DNA of 64,000 bases from IMG/VR virus record IMGVR_UViG_3300020048_000097. One strand, 5' to 3'. The notes below the pieces were generated by a model that was not told the origin of the DNA, did no database searches, and saw only the letters and a program-made list of their open reading frames with translations. The stretch comes from an uncultured virus (IMG/VR IMGVR_UViG_3300020048_000097). Its lineage: Duplodnaviria; Heunggongvirae; Uroviricota; Caudoviricetes. How positions within the stretch are numbered: position 1 is the first letter of the stretch; each line of letters opens with the position of its first letter. A program made the position numbers and the translations under genes. Shown one piece after another: positions 48,155 to 57,601 of the stretch.

Positions 48155-49577
48155 ATTTACCGAAACCGCCAAATATATCCATTACCACTGACAATCTTTC
48201 TGTTATTTCCGGCATACCTAATGGTTCAATAATGGTATTAATTGGAGATAAGATAGATTTAGCAAATTGAATATCATAATCTATCTGAGGAGCTAATTCA
48301 ATAGGATATGATCCTCTGATATAAGCAAATATATCACCATTATTCTTATTCTTACAATAGTAATACTTAATCTTAGTACCTGATTTAATAAACTCATACT
48401 TCTTCTGTAACTCTTTATCTTGTCCAAGTAAGTAATTATGATAAGCACTTGCTTTAACTGCAAAGTGAGCACCATTTACAAATTGAAGAGGTAAAACTTT
48501 ATCATTTATAACCTTAGTTGAATAGTTAGAACAAGAAGATTGCATCGCGATATCATCAATATCTGCTAATTCGAATTCTTTTCTAAGACCTTTTACTAGT
48601 TTAAGTAAGTCTTTAATGTTGAAACTATCTGAATTCTCAAATAAATACTTAACAATATTAATAATCTTCTCTCTTGCGAAAAGAGGAGTTGATGATCTAA
48701 CCAATTCTACACCTTTTGGAAACAGATAAGTTAATCTTTCATATGGAATACCATCTTCGAAAGAAACGTGTTGTATGTACTTCTTTTTAGCCAAAGAGAT
48801 AATAGACTCTGATATTCTTTCTAACTCAAAATCTTCTTTATTCTCAACACCAAATGATCCAGCATAATCTTCTAAACATTGTTTAAAGTAATCACCATAT
48901 CTGAAATGATCCATTCCTTGTATATAATCAACCTCTCTAGCCCAGTTCCATTTAGGCTCTGATGTGAATACACCGCTTTTGATAAGTTTGTTTAGATCGC
49001 GATCTTTAACAAATCTACCATCGATTAATATTGCTTCATAATCAGTAGTTAATAACTTTTCAAAGTCTGAAACATTATCTGCAGTACCTAAAAAGTTAGG
49101 GTTTTCAAAATTAGGTAATTCTTTTGATAATATAATGAATTTTTTACTTATTGATTCTAATCTTTTTTTATTAAATAATAAATCTTTCCATTCAGAGTGT
49201 TCAATTGCGGGTAAAAAAGAAACAAAAAGTGAATCGGTATCTGCGTAAATTGATACTGGCTCATTTTTATTAATTGGGCTTATACATTTTATACAAAGTT
49301 TGTTATGTAAAGCAAAATCATTATGCCATTGGTTGTACCAATAGTCTTCGTTTACTCTGTCCATTGTTTGTGTAAGATCTCGACCTTGTGCGGTAATAGT
49401 ACCTGCTACGTGGTTGTTGAATAGTATGAAGTAAGCAGTTGCGAATGCACCATAAGATCCATTTAATACTAATTTAAGTGCAGTCTGCATTGCATTATAG
49501 TATTCAACTGTTTTTTTAACTTCTATTGCTTGTCTTTTTAATTCTTCAATCTTCTTTAATTTTTCCTCTTTTGTCAT
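48153..49577 (-). CDS. Family B DNA polymerase, C-terminal subunit (split gp43B-like)
   Basis: Motif B QTALKLVLNGSYG, motif C YADTDS, KKKY and KGVELVRSS. No exonuclease domain or motif A. Confidence 0.88.
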   Translation of the reverse strand: MTKEEKLKKIEELKRQAIEVKKTVEYYNAMQTALKLVLNGSYGAFATAYFILFNNHVAGTITAQGRDLTQTMDRVNEDYWYNQWHNDFALHNKLCIKCISPINKNEPVSIYADTDSLFVSFLPAIEHSEWKDLLFNKKRLESISKKFIILSKELPNFENPNFLGTADNVSDFEKLLTTDYEAILIDGRFVKDRDLNKLIKSGVFTSEPKWNWAREVDYIQGMDHFRYGDYFKQCLEDYAGSFGVENKEDFELERISESIISLAKKKYIQHVSFEDGIPYERLTYLFPKGVELVRSSTPLFAREKIINIVKYLFENSDSFNIKDLLKLVKGLRKEFELADIDDIAMQSSCSNYSTKVINDKVLPLQFVNGAHFAVKASAYHNYLLGQDKELQKKYEFIKSGTKIKYYYCKNKNNGDIFAYIRGSYPIELAPQIDYDIQFAKSILSPINTIIEPLGMPEITERLSVVMDIFGGFGK

Positions 49578-49586
49578 ATCATTTAA

Positions 49587-49913
49587 TTATATTGTATCTC
49601 TAATTACGGTAACCGGTGTTACGATCAGAATATCTTTTCTTCTTTTATATAATGGTTTTGTAATAGTTTTTATACTTTTAATAGAATCTAATCTTTTCTC
49701 TAATTGTCCATTTTTAAAAATAAAAATCTGTTTAATAGAGTCTGATTCATTTAATTCATACTTTAAAATCTCATTATCTACTGATAACGATTTATTATCA
49801 CCATATAGATGATTCATTATGTATAGTAAAACAAATATTAATAAAATTAATAAGTATGGAGTTTTATTTACTCGATCATATGATCTGTGGTTATTTCTTC
49901 TATTATTCATCAT
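49587..49913 (-). CDS. Single-TM membrane protein with coiled segment
   Basis: YLLILLIFVLLYIM hydrophobic stretch. Confidence 0.55.
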   Translation of the reverse strand: MMNNRRNNHRSYDRVNKTPYLLILLIFVLLYIMNHLYGDNKSLSVDNEILKYELNESDSIKQIFIFKNGQLEKRLDSIKSIKTITKPLYKRRKDILIVTPVTVIRDTI

Positions 49914-50700
49914 CGCTAAAATCTTGTTCATATGACAACATTAAATTTGTTGTCTCATCTTTTATTAACATAAAACTTTCAAATATACTGAAATCGACAT
50001 CTTTGCTATCATCGATACATTTCAAGAATCTTTTATTTAAGATCATAGTAGAATTTCTATCATCACCTGTGTTAAATATATCTAATTCCCAAGCAGCATT
50101 TTCCGAAATAACTACTTTACCATTTGTTACATTTATGTGTAGAAGTTTATCACCATTAATAGAAGATAATTTTTTAATATCACTAAAATCTTGTTTTTCA
50201 ATAACAAAGTTCCACTTTCTGTGTTTTAAGTTAAGTCTATCATTTAAGATAGTTTTGTTTATATCTCTAACTTCATAATGTTCACCAGCAATCCAGTTAA
50301 CTTTAAGTTTACCACCGGTTACTTGTATTGATCTAGCAACCATAACATCATCATCATCTTGTGATACTTTATGGTCGATATTTATCATTACTTTATCTGA
50401 TTCTTTAAGGAAGTTTAAGTTTTTAACAAACTTCTTCGCACTTAATATAATAACATCAATTGAGTATTCTAGTTCATCATTCCATTCAAAATATTCTTTT
50501 GTGTCTATAAGATAGTTTTTGAATGCAAGTAGAACTCCACCACCGAGTGTAGAGTACATCATTATGTTGTCGTTATCTATTTTCAACTTGATTGTATCGG
50601 ATATATCCGTTAAATCACTTAGCTTAGATATAAAGTCTGAGAACATCTCAGGTTTAATTTTTAATTTAGTTTTATTAGCCATATCTTTATTATTACTCAT
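49903..50700 (-). CDS. Putative sliding clamp (gp45/PCNA-like)
   Basis: About 265 aa with a two-domain clamp-like alpha/beta pattern, next to the polymerase gene. Confidence 0.6.
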   Translation of the reverse strand: MSNNKDMANKTKLKIKPEMFSDFISKLSDLTDISDTIKLKIDNDNIMMYSTLGGGVLLAFKNYLIDTKEYFEWNDELEYSIDVIILSAKKFVKNLNFLKESDKVMINIDHKVSQDDDDVMVARSIQVTGGKLKVNWIAGEHYEVRDINKTILNDRLNLKHRKWNFVIEKQDFSDIKKLSSINGDKLLHINVTNGKVVISENAAWELDIFNTGDDRNSTMILNKRFLKCIDDSKDVDFSIFESFMLIKDETTNLMLSYEQDFSDDE

Positions 50701-50750
50701 GATATATGCAAAAAAACAAATTTTGTTTATTAGTTTTTAATATATAATCT

Positions 50751-51182
50751 ATGATTAAAAAATGGAACGAATATATTAAAGAAGATCTTGATGGTGGTAC
50801 TGACTATATAAGTGCTAAGTTGGTCGAACTTAAAGACTTAGTTAGTAATATAAGTCAGGCTCAAAGCGATGGTACTTCATTTAATCTAGTTTATAATTGG
50901 AAAAATAATATAGATGAGGGTATTGTTGTTGAATTTACAAAGAATGATATGTTTATAAAGTATGAACTTGTAAAGAAAAAAGAGCAACCTGTGGAAGCAG
51001 AACAGAAAGTAAAATATCTTTTCGTCGTTAAGAAAACCGTTAATGATGTAGAACAAGTAACTGATTTTGAAACAATTGATTCGGGTCTTGAATTTATAGA
51101 TAAAGACATTAAATTGATTTTAGGTATAAATGAGAGTAAAAGAATTGAAACATTTTTAAGTTTCGATGAAAATAAAATATAA
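50751..51182 (+). CDS. Hypothetical protein with MIKKWNEYIKE motif
   Basis: ORF, TAATATATA upstream. Confidence 0.75.
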   Translation: MIKKWNEYIKEDLDGGTDYISAKLVELKDLVSNISQAQSDGTSFNLVYNWKNNIDEGIVVEFTKNDMFIKYELVKKKEQPVEAEQKVKYLFVVKKTVNDVEQVTDFETIDSGLEFIDKDIKLILGINESKRIETFLSFDENKI

Positions 51183-51190
51183 TAAAAAAT

Positions 51191-51475
51191 ATGAAATTTA
51201 AGTATTTAAAAGAGTATTCGGAGTTCAAAGATAACTTCGAAAAACATCCTGAAGAGAAGTACAAAGATATTATCGATAGTGATAAAGAAGTAAGTACGGA
51301 AAAAGAAATTAAAATATTATCTGATTCTGGTTTTGATAAAGCGGATTTAGAAGAGTGGCCTAAAAAAGAGGTTGAAGATATGTTCAACGCTTGGAAAAAA
51401 GATTCGGAAAAGGATCTAGAAGAGGAAAAAGAAGAGGATGAAGAAATTGATCCTGATTTAAGAGACGAAGAATAA
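51191..51475 (+). CDS. Acidic hypothetical protein with YLKEYSEF motif
   Basis: ORF. Confidence 0.7.
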   Translation: MKFKYLKEYSEFKDNFEKHPEEKYKDIIDSDKEVSTEKEIKILSDSGFDKADLEEWPKKEVEDMFNAWKKDSEKDLEEEKEEDEEIDPDLRDEE

Positions 51476-51476
51476 T

Positions 51477-52223
51477 ATGAGAAAATTTTCAAAAATATTA
51501 GAATCACTAGATAGTGATATGGTATCTGACATAAAAGACATATTTGTTCATTTAATTGATAAAGGATTTGAAATTAAAATTAAAGAAGGTCAAGGTGTCT
51601 ATTTAATAGAACTTCATCATGATACTTCTGTTGAAGATCCATTAGATTATATGGAATGTGTAAGTGATATTCACGTTGCAAATAAAAGATTATTAGATCT
51701 TGGTTTAAATTATATTAAATCAGACTTCATAGTACTTGGTCAAAAAAGTGGTAATGAATTATACTCTCATCTTGCTATAAGATATAACAATTCTAGTTCA
51801 GTTGCTTCAAAGGATGTTCATAATTGGAAAGAATTTAAATTGTATGTTGAGAATGTTCTCGGTGTTACTGGAATTGAAGGTAAACAAAGCGACGATAGTT
51901 ATTTCAGAATAGATGTTGCTAGTGAAGAAGGATGGGATAAAACAGAATATTTTGGTTGGCAAATAGGTATAAATCGTGATATTGATAATCCAGTAGAAGT
52001 ATTTGTTTCTGAATATCCTGGTTATGAAGATTTTCTTAGAGGTATTCTTAAAAGAAGACTTGATTATGATGCACTTTGGGGTCATGAAAGAAGAAAAGAG
52101 AATAAAGATAATCCAGAAATTGGAAATCCTCTTAAATTTGATAAAGAAGGTATTGAGGTTGTTGAAAAACTTTTAGAAATGGCTAAAAAGTTTACAGGTA
52201 AAATTCAAGTTAATAAAGTATAA
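51477..52223 (+). CDS. Hypothetical protein (MRKFSKILES), paralog of next gene
   Basis: N-terminal ~35 aa similar to 52223-52615. Confidence 0.75.
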   Translation: MRKFSKILESLDSDMVSDIKDIFVHLIDKGFEIKIKEGQGVYLIELHHDTSVEDPLDYMECVSDIHVANKRLLDLGLNYIKSDFIVLGQKSGNELYSHLAIRYNNSSSVASKDVHNWKEFKLYVENVLGVTGIEGKQSDDSYFRIDVASEEGWDKTEYFGWQIGINRDIDNPVEVFVSEYPGYEDFLRGILKRRLDYDALWGHERRKENKDNPEIGNPLKFDKEGIEVVEKLLEMAKKFTGKIQVNKV

Positions 52224-52615
52224 TGAGAAAATTTAGTAGAATTTTGGAGTCTATTGAAGATCCTATGATAGATGAGATTAAGTATATTTTTATGGATTTA
52301 CAAGATAATGGTTTCAAGATTGAAATTAGACCTTATTGGGAAGACGGTATGTTTTATTTATATAATAAAGATTCACAACATCACGCAGATAAAAGTAAAA
52401 ATGGTTATATAATAACAGGTAAAACCGATAAACTGGCAGAAAATAACCCATTTAAAGCAGTTAGAGACTTTCTATCAATTGAAGAAAGAATGCTTGAATT
52501 GGGTTATGAATTAGATGATGATGATAAAAGTGCTGATAATTCTCTAATAGAAATTGGTGGTAGATGGATTAAGAATTATGAATTTCGGTTTCCATTTAAA
52601 GAAATTAAAAAGTAA
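52223..52615 (+). CDS. Hypothetical protein (MRKFSRILES)
   Basis: Paralog of previous gene. Confidence 0.75.
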   Translation: MRKFSRILESIEDPMIDEIKYIFMDLQDNGFKIEIRPYWEDGMFYLYNKDSQHHADKSKNGYIITGKTDKLAENNPFKAVRDFLSIEERMLELGYELDDDDKSADNSLIEIGGRWIKNYEFRFPFKEIKK

Positions 52616-52617
52616 TA

Positions 52618-53187
52618 ATGAAATACATTAAGTGTTTTGAAAATTTTCAAGTAATAAATGAAGTAAGAGTTCCAAGAGAGGAAAGAGTTCAGTTATATAA
52701 AGATGATAATATAATTGTTGTAGTTCCGTTAACACATAGAGCCTTACAGAAATATGCCCACAGATGTCAGTGGTGTATTAATGACGATAAGGGTGAGTGG
52801 GAAGATTACCATAAAGGATTACATGCGGTTATTATCCAAAGAAAACCAAAGAAAGTAAAAAATGGTATAACAAATAAACCAACACCTGAAGAGATATTCT
52901 TAATCAATAAATATGATAATGATATGTCGACTTTTGAGGATATTTGTGGTATGTTAGAATATGATTTTTACAGTGAAACTGATATGACTGATTACTATGT
53001 TAATTTATCTAATGATATTAATAACTTCGGAATCAATATAGTTTATTACTCACCTGAAAATGGTATTTATGATATGGAGGATAATTTTTTGTGGAACTAC
53101 CATTTTGAAATATCAGACATACCAAATGTCACACCTGAAGTTATACAGATTATGGATGATTATTTATACGAAAAAGACACTGAATAG
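52618..53187 (+). CDS. Hypothetical protein with MKYIKCFENF motif and VVPLT..A..Y...WCI domain
   Basis: ORF. Confidence 0.75.
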   Translation: MKYIKCFENFQVINEVRVPREERVQLYKDDNIIVVVPLTHRALQKYAHRCQWCINDDKGEWEDYHKGLHAVIIQRKPKKVKNGITNKPTPEEIFLINKYDNDMSTFEDICGMLEYDFYSETDMTDYYVNLSNDINNFGINIVYYSPENGIYDMEDNFLWNYHFEISDIPNVTPEVIQIMDDYLYEKDTE

Positions 53188-53199
53188 TGTCTTTTTTTT
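53171..53199. terminator. Bidirectional terminator
   Basis: AAAAAGACACTGAATAGTGTCTTTTTTTT. Confidence 0.75.
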
Positions 53200-54262
53200 A
53201 TTTATCTAATAATTTATCAAAGTATTCTTTAAATAGATCATGATTAACGGCTACTGATATTCTACTGCAGTTATCATATACTCTTTCTTTAACTAATGCA
53301 AAGTTATTTATAGGAACACTAGATATTCTATTTTCTATAAGTCTTTCGAAACCAATATTTATAACCGCGAATGGTCCAACTGGTATACTTGAATAATCAT
53401 CAAATAGCAATCCATTATCGGTTAAGTATTTTATATTCTTTGTTATGTGTTCTACTGTTATATCTTTATATTCTCTAACTGCTTTCTTTTCTTTTAGAAG
53501 TTCTGCTATTATTATCTGAGGTAATGTTGATATTGAATTGTATTTATAAAGAGATCTGATTGTTAGTGTGTTATATAACTCATCATTTTTAGTTAAGATG
53601 TAACCAACTCTATATCCTGATAAACCAATTGATTTAGAGAAAGAAGAAACTAAAATAACATTATCTAAAAGCAATTCAGATATTTTATTATCATTAAATA
53701 AGTGATAATAAGGTAAATCCAATATAACGGTTATACCATTTTCTTTTGAATAATTTATAAACTCACTAATTACATTAAAATTTGGACAATATCCTGTTGG
53801 ATTTGATGGATAACATAACATTACTACTCCGCTTCTAGGTCTGAAATTTTCTAGTTCAAAATCGTTAAATGTGTTTATTTCTTTTTCGTATGTTTTAAGA
53901 ATTTTATTCCAAGAACCCCAGTGAAATGTTGGTATATAAAATTTTTTACTTTCTAATGAGTTAATTATTAGGTCTAACGCTGCCATTCCACCTGGTGTAA
54001 CTACTACGTTACCTTCTAGGTTAAACTCTTCCTTGATCGCGCTAATCAATGCAGGGTGACCATCGTTACCACTATATTGTTGTGTTGCTAAACTATTTAG
54101 ATCTAGGTTAAGTCCAATAGAATTGATATCTATGTTAGTTACATCCATTACACCTCTGTGTAGTTTTAGGTATTTCAACCCGGATTCTTTTTCTAATTTT
54201 TGAATGTTCTCACCAATCTTTACAATTGATGAATAGGTTACAGTTGCTGTATTTACTCTCAT
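53198..54262 (-). CDS. PLP-dependent aminotransferase class I/II
   Basis: PSNPTG, D.PY and SFSKSIGLSGYRVG motifs. Confidence 0.88.
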   Translation of the reverse strand: MRVNTATVTYSSIVKIGENIQKLEKESGLKYLKLHRGVMDVTNIDINSIGLNLDLNSLATQQYSGNDGHPALISAIKEEFNLEGNVVVTPGGMAALDLIINSLESKKFYIPTFHWGSWNKILKTYEKEINTFNDFELENFRPRSGVVMLCYPSNPTGYCPNFNVISEFINYSKENGITVILDLPYYHLFNDNKISELLLDNVILVSSFSKSIGLSGYRVGYILTKNDELYNTLTIRSLYKYNSISTLPQIIIAELLKEKKAVREYKDITVEHITKNIKYLTDNGLLFDDYSSIPVGPFAVINIGFERLIENRISSVPINNFALVKERVYDNCSRISVAVNHDLFKEYFDKLLDK

Positions 54263-54615
54263 AGCATATCAGATATATTTTCTTGTATAAATTTTTGTAT
54301 TTCTTTTAATTTTGATTGAGTGGTATTAACATCTAATTGTATTCTCCACTTTTTGACTTCTTCTGCTTCATCATCTTTGATTTCTTCTACAATCAATTCA
54401 ATCTCTTGTTCGTTTATTGTTTCAAAACGTAATTCACCTTCTGGTAATTTAGAATTTAGCATATCATCAAATTTTAAATACATTTCTGTACCTTTAATTC
54501 CTTTCATCATATATCTACCATCTTCTGTTGGTGAGAATATATACCCAGCATCGTATATTTTTACTTTATCAAAAAAGTCATCTATGTACCAGTCTTCTTT
54601 TAATCTAAATTTCAT
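54259..54615 (-). CDS. Hypothetical protein
   Basis: ORF in operon. Confidence 0.65.
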   Translation of the reverse strand: MKFRLKEDWYIDDFFDKVKIYDAGYIFSPTEDGRYMMKGIKGTEMYLKFDDMLNSKLPEGELRFETINEQEIELIVEEIKDDEAEEVKKWRIQLDVNTTQSKLKEIQKFIQENISDML

Positions 54616-55121
54616 TATCTTCCTAAGTAATTCATTAATTCAATTTTGTTCTTTATTGCATAAGAGATAGATTCAAGATTTTTAACCGTATCTCTAAGAT
54701 ATTCTATATAAGATTCTATCAATTCTATGCATCTATCATTTTCTCCTAGGTGAGCATCTATTAAAGTAGATTGTTGACCACCGTTTGTTTTAACTGGAAA
54801 ACCGATCGCGTAGAAAACAAGTTTATCTTGTCTGATCTTTTTAATTCTAACAGTTTCTTTACTTCTTTTATTCAAGAAAAAGTTAATGTTTTCGTTTATT
54901 TGTTGTCTATAAGAAAGTGCGTGTGATTGAACCTCCATTATCTGACCAGAATTTGTTGGGTTAGAAAGATCGACTGTTAAAACTTTGAATAATGGTTCTA
55001 CCATTTTATTCCACTCAACTCTTTTATCATTAAATAGTTCTTCGAGTTTATCGTTTTTATCTTTTTCTTTTTGTATTCTATCTAGTTCTTCTTGGTTATA
55101 TAGATTCATCTTCTCCATCAA
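54615..55121 (-). CDS. UvsY-like recombination mediator
   Basis: Helical protein ending IEYL...K.L...YAIKN.IE, as in T4-like UvsY. Confidence 0.55.
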   Translation of the reverse strand: MMEKMNLYNQEELDRIQKEKDKNDKLEELFNDKRVEWNKMVEPLFKVLTVDLSNPTNSGQIMEVQSHALSYRQQINENINFFLNKRSKETVRIKKIRQDKLVFYAIGFPVKTNGGQQSTLIDAHLGENDRCIELIESYIEYLRDTVKNLESISYAIKNKIELMNYLGR

Positions 55122-55509
55122 ATATTTTTTTCATCTTCCAATCTCTAAGGAAGTCTTTGCTAAAAGCATCATTGAATGATTCGTTTACGATCTTATCAAA
55201 ATCCTCATCTGCGATCTCTTGTATATATTCTTCGATTTTATCGCTCCATAATTTTATTAAATCACAATTCTCTATTATTACTTCATTTTCTGATCCATAA
55301 CTTAAAGAAATGCATTTGTTCTCATTATCGATAAAAATCATCATTCTTCCTTTATAATTATAATTGCTAGTTTTAGTAGCAGGATCGTTGTCTGGCTCAA
55401 AGTAAACATAATAGTTTTTAGCACCAGGTCTATTCTCTTTTTGAAAAGATACTCTTTTGTCTTCTCTTCTTTCGTATAAGAAAGTTAGTAACTCGTTAAT
55501 TTTTTTCAT
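55096..55509 (-). CDS. Hypothetical protein with RDWKMKKIF motif
   Basis: ORF. Confidence 0.65.
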   Translation of the reverse strand: MKKINELLTFLYERREDKRVSFQKENRPGAKNYYVYFEPDNDPATKTSNYNYKGRMMIFIDNENKCISLSYGSENEVIIENCDLIKLWSDKIEEYIQEIADEDFDKIVNESFNDAFSKDFLRDWKMKKIFDGEDESI

Positions 55510-55616
55510 TTTAGTAATTATTACTTCAAATAGGTTTATATAAAATATAGCAAAAAGTTCAAAAAAATGATTTTTTTATTTAATATATAATGTATAAAAA
55601 AAATAAAAATATAAAT

Positions 55617-56192
55617 ATGAAATATTTAAAAAAGTTTGAAGGGTTTTCAAGTAGAATAGTTGAAAATGCAGAAGCGGCTGATTTAGATGCTATTGAAAAA
55701 GCGGTTTTAGCAGCAACAAGTGCTTTAATTACAGACCCAAAGGTATTACCATTAGTTAAAGCAGAAGAGGTTTCGGATTCTCAAGAAGCACAAAATCAAA
55801 TTCAAAGTAAACCAGAAGTACAAGCAAAACCAGAAGTGGCTTTAAAAGAAGAACTTATGCAAGAGTTGGCATTTGAGAACTCAACATCATTTGAATTCTT
55901 TTTGAAAATAATTTTACCTGCTCTATTATTTTTAATTGGTACACCGATTGCGATATTTGCAAAAAAAGCAACCAAAGAAAGAAAAAAATTCATAATGGAT
56001 TATTTGACAAAGGATAATTATAAAAATTTAAAAGCAGTTTTAACTAAAAACCCTGAGACAAAATCAAAATTAGATAGTTTAGGTGAGGCGGCATTTAAAG
56101 ATGTTTCATTTATAAAAGCTGCTATGAAAGAGGCTTCTGAGATGTTAAAATCAGATACTAAATTTATGAGATATATGAATTCAAAAGTATAA
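55617..56192 (+). CDS. Hypothetical single-TM protein with MKYLKKFEGF motif
   Basis: Start reassigned downstream of TAATATATA. Confidence 0.75.
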   Translation: MKYLKKFEGFSSRIVENAEAADLDAIEKAVLAATSALITDPKVLPLVKAEEVSDSQEAQNQIQSKPEVQAKPEVALKEELMQELAFENSTSFEFFLKIILPALLFLIGTPIAIFAKKATKERKKFIMDYLTKDNYKNLKAVLTKNPETKSKLDSLGEAAFKDVSFIKAAMKEASEMLKSDTKFMRYMNSKV

Positions 56193-56224
56193 AAAAAAAG
56201 AGAGCGTTTGCTCTCTTTTTTTTT
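56191..56224. terminator. Bidirectional terminator
   Basis: AAAAAAAAAGAGAGCGTTTGCTCTCTTTTTTTTT. Confidence 0.85.
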
Positions 56225-56576
56225 ATTCATTAATTATAGAATTCAATTTATTTAATTGTGTTTTGTATAAATTTAATTCTTTTAATTCTTTAATAGTTAT
56301 AATTGTTAAATACGCTGATACTATCAAAGGTAATGCTACTATTAATAATGGACTATTGAATACTATGGTGTATAACAAGACCAATAAGAAAAAAGCATTC
56401 GCTTTTAAAACTTTGTTAAAAGATTCTTTTGTTAAATCAATCAAAAATTCAAATTCTTCTATCATTTTTCTTTTATCAAAGATATTTAATGATCTAAACT
56501 CGTTTGAGATTTCGTTGATGTTTATTTTAGATAAGATTTCAGATTTCATAACCATTTCGTTTTGTTTGTTTAACAT
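56223..56576 (-). CDS. Two-TM membrane protein
   Basis: Start reassigned to MLNKQ downstream of a TATATTTG element at 56594-56601. Confidence 0.6.
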   Translation of the reverse strand: MLNKQNEMVMKSEILSKININEISNEFRSLNIFDKRKMIEEFEFLIDLTKESFNKVLKANAFFLLVLLYTIVFNSPLLIVALPLIVSAYLTIITIKELKELNLYKTQLNKLNSIINE

Positions 56577-56628
56577 TCGTTTTGTCTGTTTAACAAATAT
56601 ACAAAAAAAATCGATTAAAAAAAATTTT

Positions 56629-57531
56629 TTAAACTTTTTTATCAAAAATATATAAATCGTAGATGGTATTACCTTTTACATTCTTAATACTTTTCAGTGT
56701 TTGTCCAGTAATTGAGTCTAATACTTTAAAAGTTCCAATTAGATTATTCTTATCAGTTGTTACTTTAACGGTATTACCTGGTTGACCTAATGCACCCAAT
56801 ACAGCGACATACTTATTTCCTGAAACACTTTTAAGAAAAGTCAATTTAAGTCCAACGATATCTTTAGTTTCACTTATTGTTGGATTTTCCATCGCTTTGG
56901 CTAAGTCTAATTGTGATTCCGTATCTTTTACTATAATAGATGAGAAAGCACTCTGTGCGGTGCCTAATTCTATCTCTTCTCTTGGTTGAATCTTACTTTG
57001 GTTTACTAAGTTTTGTTGGTTTCTTCTAATCTCAGCAAAATCTGCTTTAACAATGATACCACCTCTCATTCCTTTATCATTCATATTATAACCTGCAGGT
57101 GCTAAACGATAAAATGATCCAGTAAATGTCATAGAAAGAATTCTATCGGTTCTGAATAATCTCCAAATCTTATTAATGTGTCTTTTATTCGAAACTGACC
57201 AACCATTCAAGTGCCAACCTCTTAATAAATATTTACCTTTTGCTGATCTACCAAGAACCATTGGATAAATTACTCGCTCGTGGCCCGCAAAATGGTTATC
57301 TTCTTCGCCTTTATAGTTTATTAAAAAGATCATTCCATATTTAATGGCTTTGATCATCATTTGTTCGTTATACTTTATAGGTTCGTTAATTGGAATATTT
57401 GCTATATCCGTTACGTTTTTAAGACTAAACCTAGGTATGAACTCATTATCCTCTTTTATAGGATAATATTGCTTTACTACATATTCAACTGGCTTAGTAT
57501 TATAATATGTTCTTGAATGTGATAAACTCAT
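56629..57531 (-). CDS. WYL-domain protein without HTH
   Basis: INY.G...ER.IYP..LG, YL.RGW and WRLFR.DRI..M motifs. Confidence 0.7.
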   Translation of the reverse strand: MSLSHSRTYYNTKPVEYVVKQYYPIKEDNEFIPRFSLKNVTDIANIPINEPIKYNEQMMIKAIKYGMIFLINYKGEEDNHFAGHERVIYPMVLGRSAKGKYLLRGWHLNGWSVSNKRHINKIWRLFRTDRILSMTFTGSFYRLAPAGYNMNDKGMRGGIIVKADFAEIRRNQQNLVNQSKIQPREEIELGTAQSAFSSIIVKDTESQLDLAKAMENPTISETKDIVGLKLTFLKSVSGNKYVAVLGALGQPGNTVKVTTDKNNLIGTFKVLDSITGQTLKSIKNVKGNTIYDLYIFDKKV

Positions 57532-57601
57532 AGAGTATATATTAAATAACTTTTTTCTAAAAAATATTTTTATATATAGAATATAAATAAATAATTTAAT
57601 T

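Noticed and set aside
53198..54262. Aminotransferase as serC partner of serA
   Set aside because: The motifs are class I/II (PSNPTG, SFSK...GYRVG), not the class V SerC type.
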